From an uncultured delta proteobacterium (lineage in GTDB: Bacteria > Desulfobacterota > Desulfobacteria > Desulfobacterales > Desulfatirhabdiaceae): a stretch of 64,000 nt of DNA. The notes under the pieces were generated by a model. It made no database searches and was not told the DNA's origin. It saw only the letters and a program-made list of their open reading frames with translations. Both the position numbers and the translations under genes were made by a program. Location: positions 186,495 through 250,494 of the forward strand of contig CAWBKP010000013.1 of NCBI GenBank assembly GCA_963789395.1, read 5' to 3'. Below, piece by piece: positions 62,356 to 64,000 of this stretch. Position 1 is the first letter of the stretch; each line of letters starts with the position of its first letter.

Positions 62356-63144
62356 ATGGCTTCCCCGGTTACCATTCCGACGCTGTATAAGATGAAGGAA
62401 AATGGCGAGAAAATAATCGCCCTGACGGCTTACGATTACCCTCTGGCAAGACTGGTGGATACATCGGGCGTCCACATGATTCTGGTGGGGGATTCCCTTG
62501 GCATGGTGGTTCAGGGCCATTCCAGCACCCTGCCGGTGACCATGGATGAAATGATTTATCACACGAAGATTGTCACCCGCGCCGCCCAGCACGCACTGGT
62601 GGTCGGCGACATGCCGTTCATGTCCTATCACACCGGCATTGAAACCGCAGTTGCCAACGCCGGACGATTCATCAAGGAAGGCGGGGCTGCGGCCGTAAAA
62701 CTGGAAGGCGGGGCTGCCGTCAGCGGTGTCATCAAGGCCATATCCCTTGCCGGTATTTCCGTTCAGGCCCATATCGGCTTGACCCCCCAGTCGGTGCATC
62801 AAATGGGCGGGTACCGGGTTCAGCGGGACCAAGACCGCCTCCTGGCCGACGCCCTTGAGGTCGAGGCTGCCGGCGCCTTTTCCGTGGTGCTGGAAGGCAT
62901 CCCCTCCGATATTGCGAAAACCATTACCCAGAAGCTCGATATTCCGACAATCGGCATTGGTGCCGGACCGGATTGCGACGGCCAGATTCTGGTGATTCAC
63001 GACCTTCTGGGGCTGACCGATCGGCATATTCCACGCTTTGTCAAACAATATGCCAAACTCTTGGATCTGGCCAAATCAGGGATTCAGGATTATGTGCAAG
63101 AGGTTCAGTCCGGTCGTTTTCCCGGAAAGGAGCACTGCTATTAA
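62356..63144 (+). CDS. panB: 3-methyl-2-oxobutanoate hydroxymethyltransferase
   Basis: [41 protein letters not shown]. Confidence 0.97.
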   Translation: MASPVTIPTLYKMKENGEKIIALTAYDYPLARLVDTSGVHMILVGDSLGMVVQGHSSTLPVTMDEMIYHTKIVTRAAQHALVVGDMPFMSYHTGIETAVANAGRFIKEGGAAAVKLEGGAAVSGVIKAISLAGISVQAHIGLTPQSVHQMGGYRVQRDQDRLLADALEVEAAGAFSVVLEGIPSDIAKTITQKLDIPTIGIGAGPDCDGQILVIHDLLGLTDRHIPRFVKQYAKLLDLAKSGIQDYVQEVQSGRFPGKEHCY

Positions 63145-63153
63145 GGAGACGGC

Positions 63154-64000
63154 ATGAAACCTTCGGTCGGAATCGTCGGCTGCGGCCGAATGGGGACGGC
63201 CCTGGCAAAAACCCTTGGTGACAGGGGATATGCGATTGTCGGGGTTTCAAGCCTTCATCTGGAATCCGCTATAAGACTGGCGGGTATATGCGGCATTTCG
63301 GATGCAACCGATCGGCCGTGGGAGATCACCACTAAGGCCGATGTGGTGTTTCTGACCACGCCGGACGGGGTGATTGAATCCGTCTGTGAGTCGATATCGC
63401 GGCAGGACGGGTTTTTGAATGAGGCGATCGTGCTTCACTGCTCCGGTGCCCATGCTTCGACAATCCTGTCTTCGGCCCGCAAGTCGGGCGCATCGATCGG
63501 TTCCATGCATCCCCTGCAAAGCTTTGCTTCCGTGGATTTTTCTCAAAATCCGTTTAAAGGGATTCGGATTGCAATTGAGGGAGATGCCGAAGCCGTGTCA
63601 ACAGCCGTGCAGATGGCAATGGATCTGGAGTCGCTTCCGCTGCGGATTGTTACTGAAGGAAAACCCCTCTATCATGCTTCGGCAGTCGTGGCCTCAAATT
63701 TTCTGGTCACCCTCATGGGAGTGGCGTTCCGGCTCATCCAGCAGGCCGGCGTCCCCCCGGAGGAGGCATTTGCCGTCCTGAAGCCCCTCATCGAAGGCAC
63801 CCTTTCCAATATCGACCGGGTTGGCGTTCATCAGGCCCTGACAGGCCCCGTGGTGCGCGGCGATCTTCAAACGGTTGAAACCCATATCCAGGCCATCGGC
63901 CAGACAATGCCGGAGCTTCTGCCATTTTACACCTGTATGGTTCAGTACACTGCGGCGCAGGCAGCCGAAGGGAACCGGATAACACCGGAGCTTCTGAAAA
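63154..64000 (+). CDS. Rossmann-like/DUF2520 protein (PanG-type ketopantoate reductase candidate), runs off window
   Basis: Manual translation: MKPSVGIVGCGRMG...TTPDG...HCSGA...SMHPLQSF...YHASAVVASNF...ALTGPVVRGD; directly after panB. Confidence 0.85.
   Translation, partial: MKPSVGIVGCGRMGTALAKTLGDRGYAIVGVSSLHLESAIRLAGICGISDATDRPWEITTKADVVFLTTPDGVIESVCESISRQDGFLNEAIVLHCSGAHASTILSSARKSGASIGSMHPLQSFASVDFSQNPFKGIRIAIEGDAEAVSTAVQMAMDLESLPLRIVTEGKPLYHASAVVASNFLVTLMGVAFRLIQQAGVPPEEAFAVLKPLIEGTLSNIDRVGVHQALTGPVVRGDLQTVETHIQAIGQTMPELLPFYTCMVQYTAAQAAEGNRITPELLK

Overview
Chromosomal segment of an anaerobic bacterium; gene content suggests a sulfate-reducing deltaproteobacterium of the Desulfobacterales type (inference). 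The flanks are ordinary metabolism and signalling: lhgO, a MetF-MetV fusion, a FecR-OmpA-CHASE2/HD-GYP cassette, carboxy(nor)spermidine genes, a lactate operon with two LldR/PdhR-type boxes, tatA, prmA and eno-pyrG-panB-DUF2520. The most interesting part is a ~26 kb cluster (16.3-42.2 kb) around a FadR/GntR regulator. Its left arm encodes a ferredoxin, a degenerate AOR-like protein, a BPL-N/GATase-like protein, a four-subunit membrane redox complex (13 CxxCH motifs, cytochrome b, NarI-like and HdrD-like CCG subunits), a Cys-rich unknown and a CobW GTPase. Its right arm encodes a flavoprotein lacking the GlcD motifs with a CCG partner, an unusual permease, an orphan MtaA-type methyltransferase, an arginase-family hydrolase, a (methyl)malonate-semialdehyde dehydrogenase, and a nitrilase-free MSMEG_0568 radical SAM-GNAT/AIR-synthase module with an SsuABC-type transporter. 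A palindrome, AAACATCAGATG(A/T)TTT, lies exactly 11 nt before a TTGAC hexamer at promoters on both arms, tying them into one probable regulon; the substrate is unknown. Five single-base frameshifts in four otherwise intact genes look like sequencing errors. An IS3 remnant and two gene fossils are real decay. No rRNA, tRNA or CRISPR array was seen.
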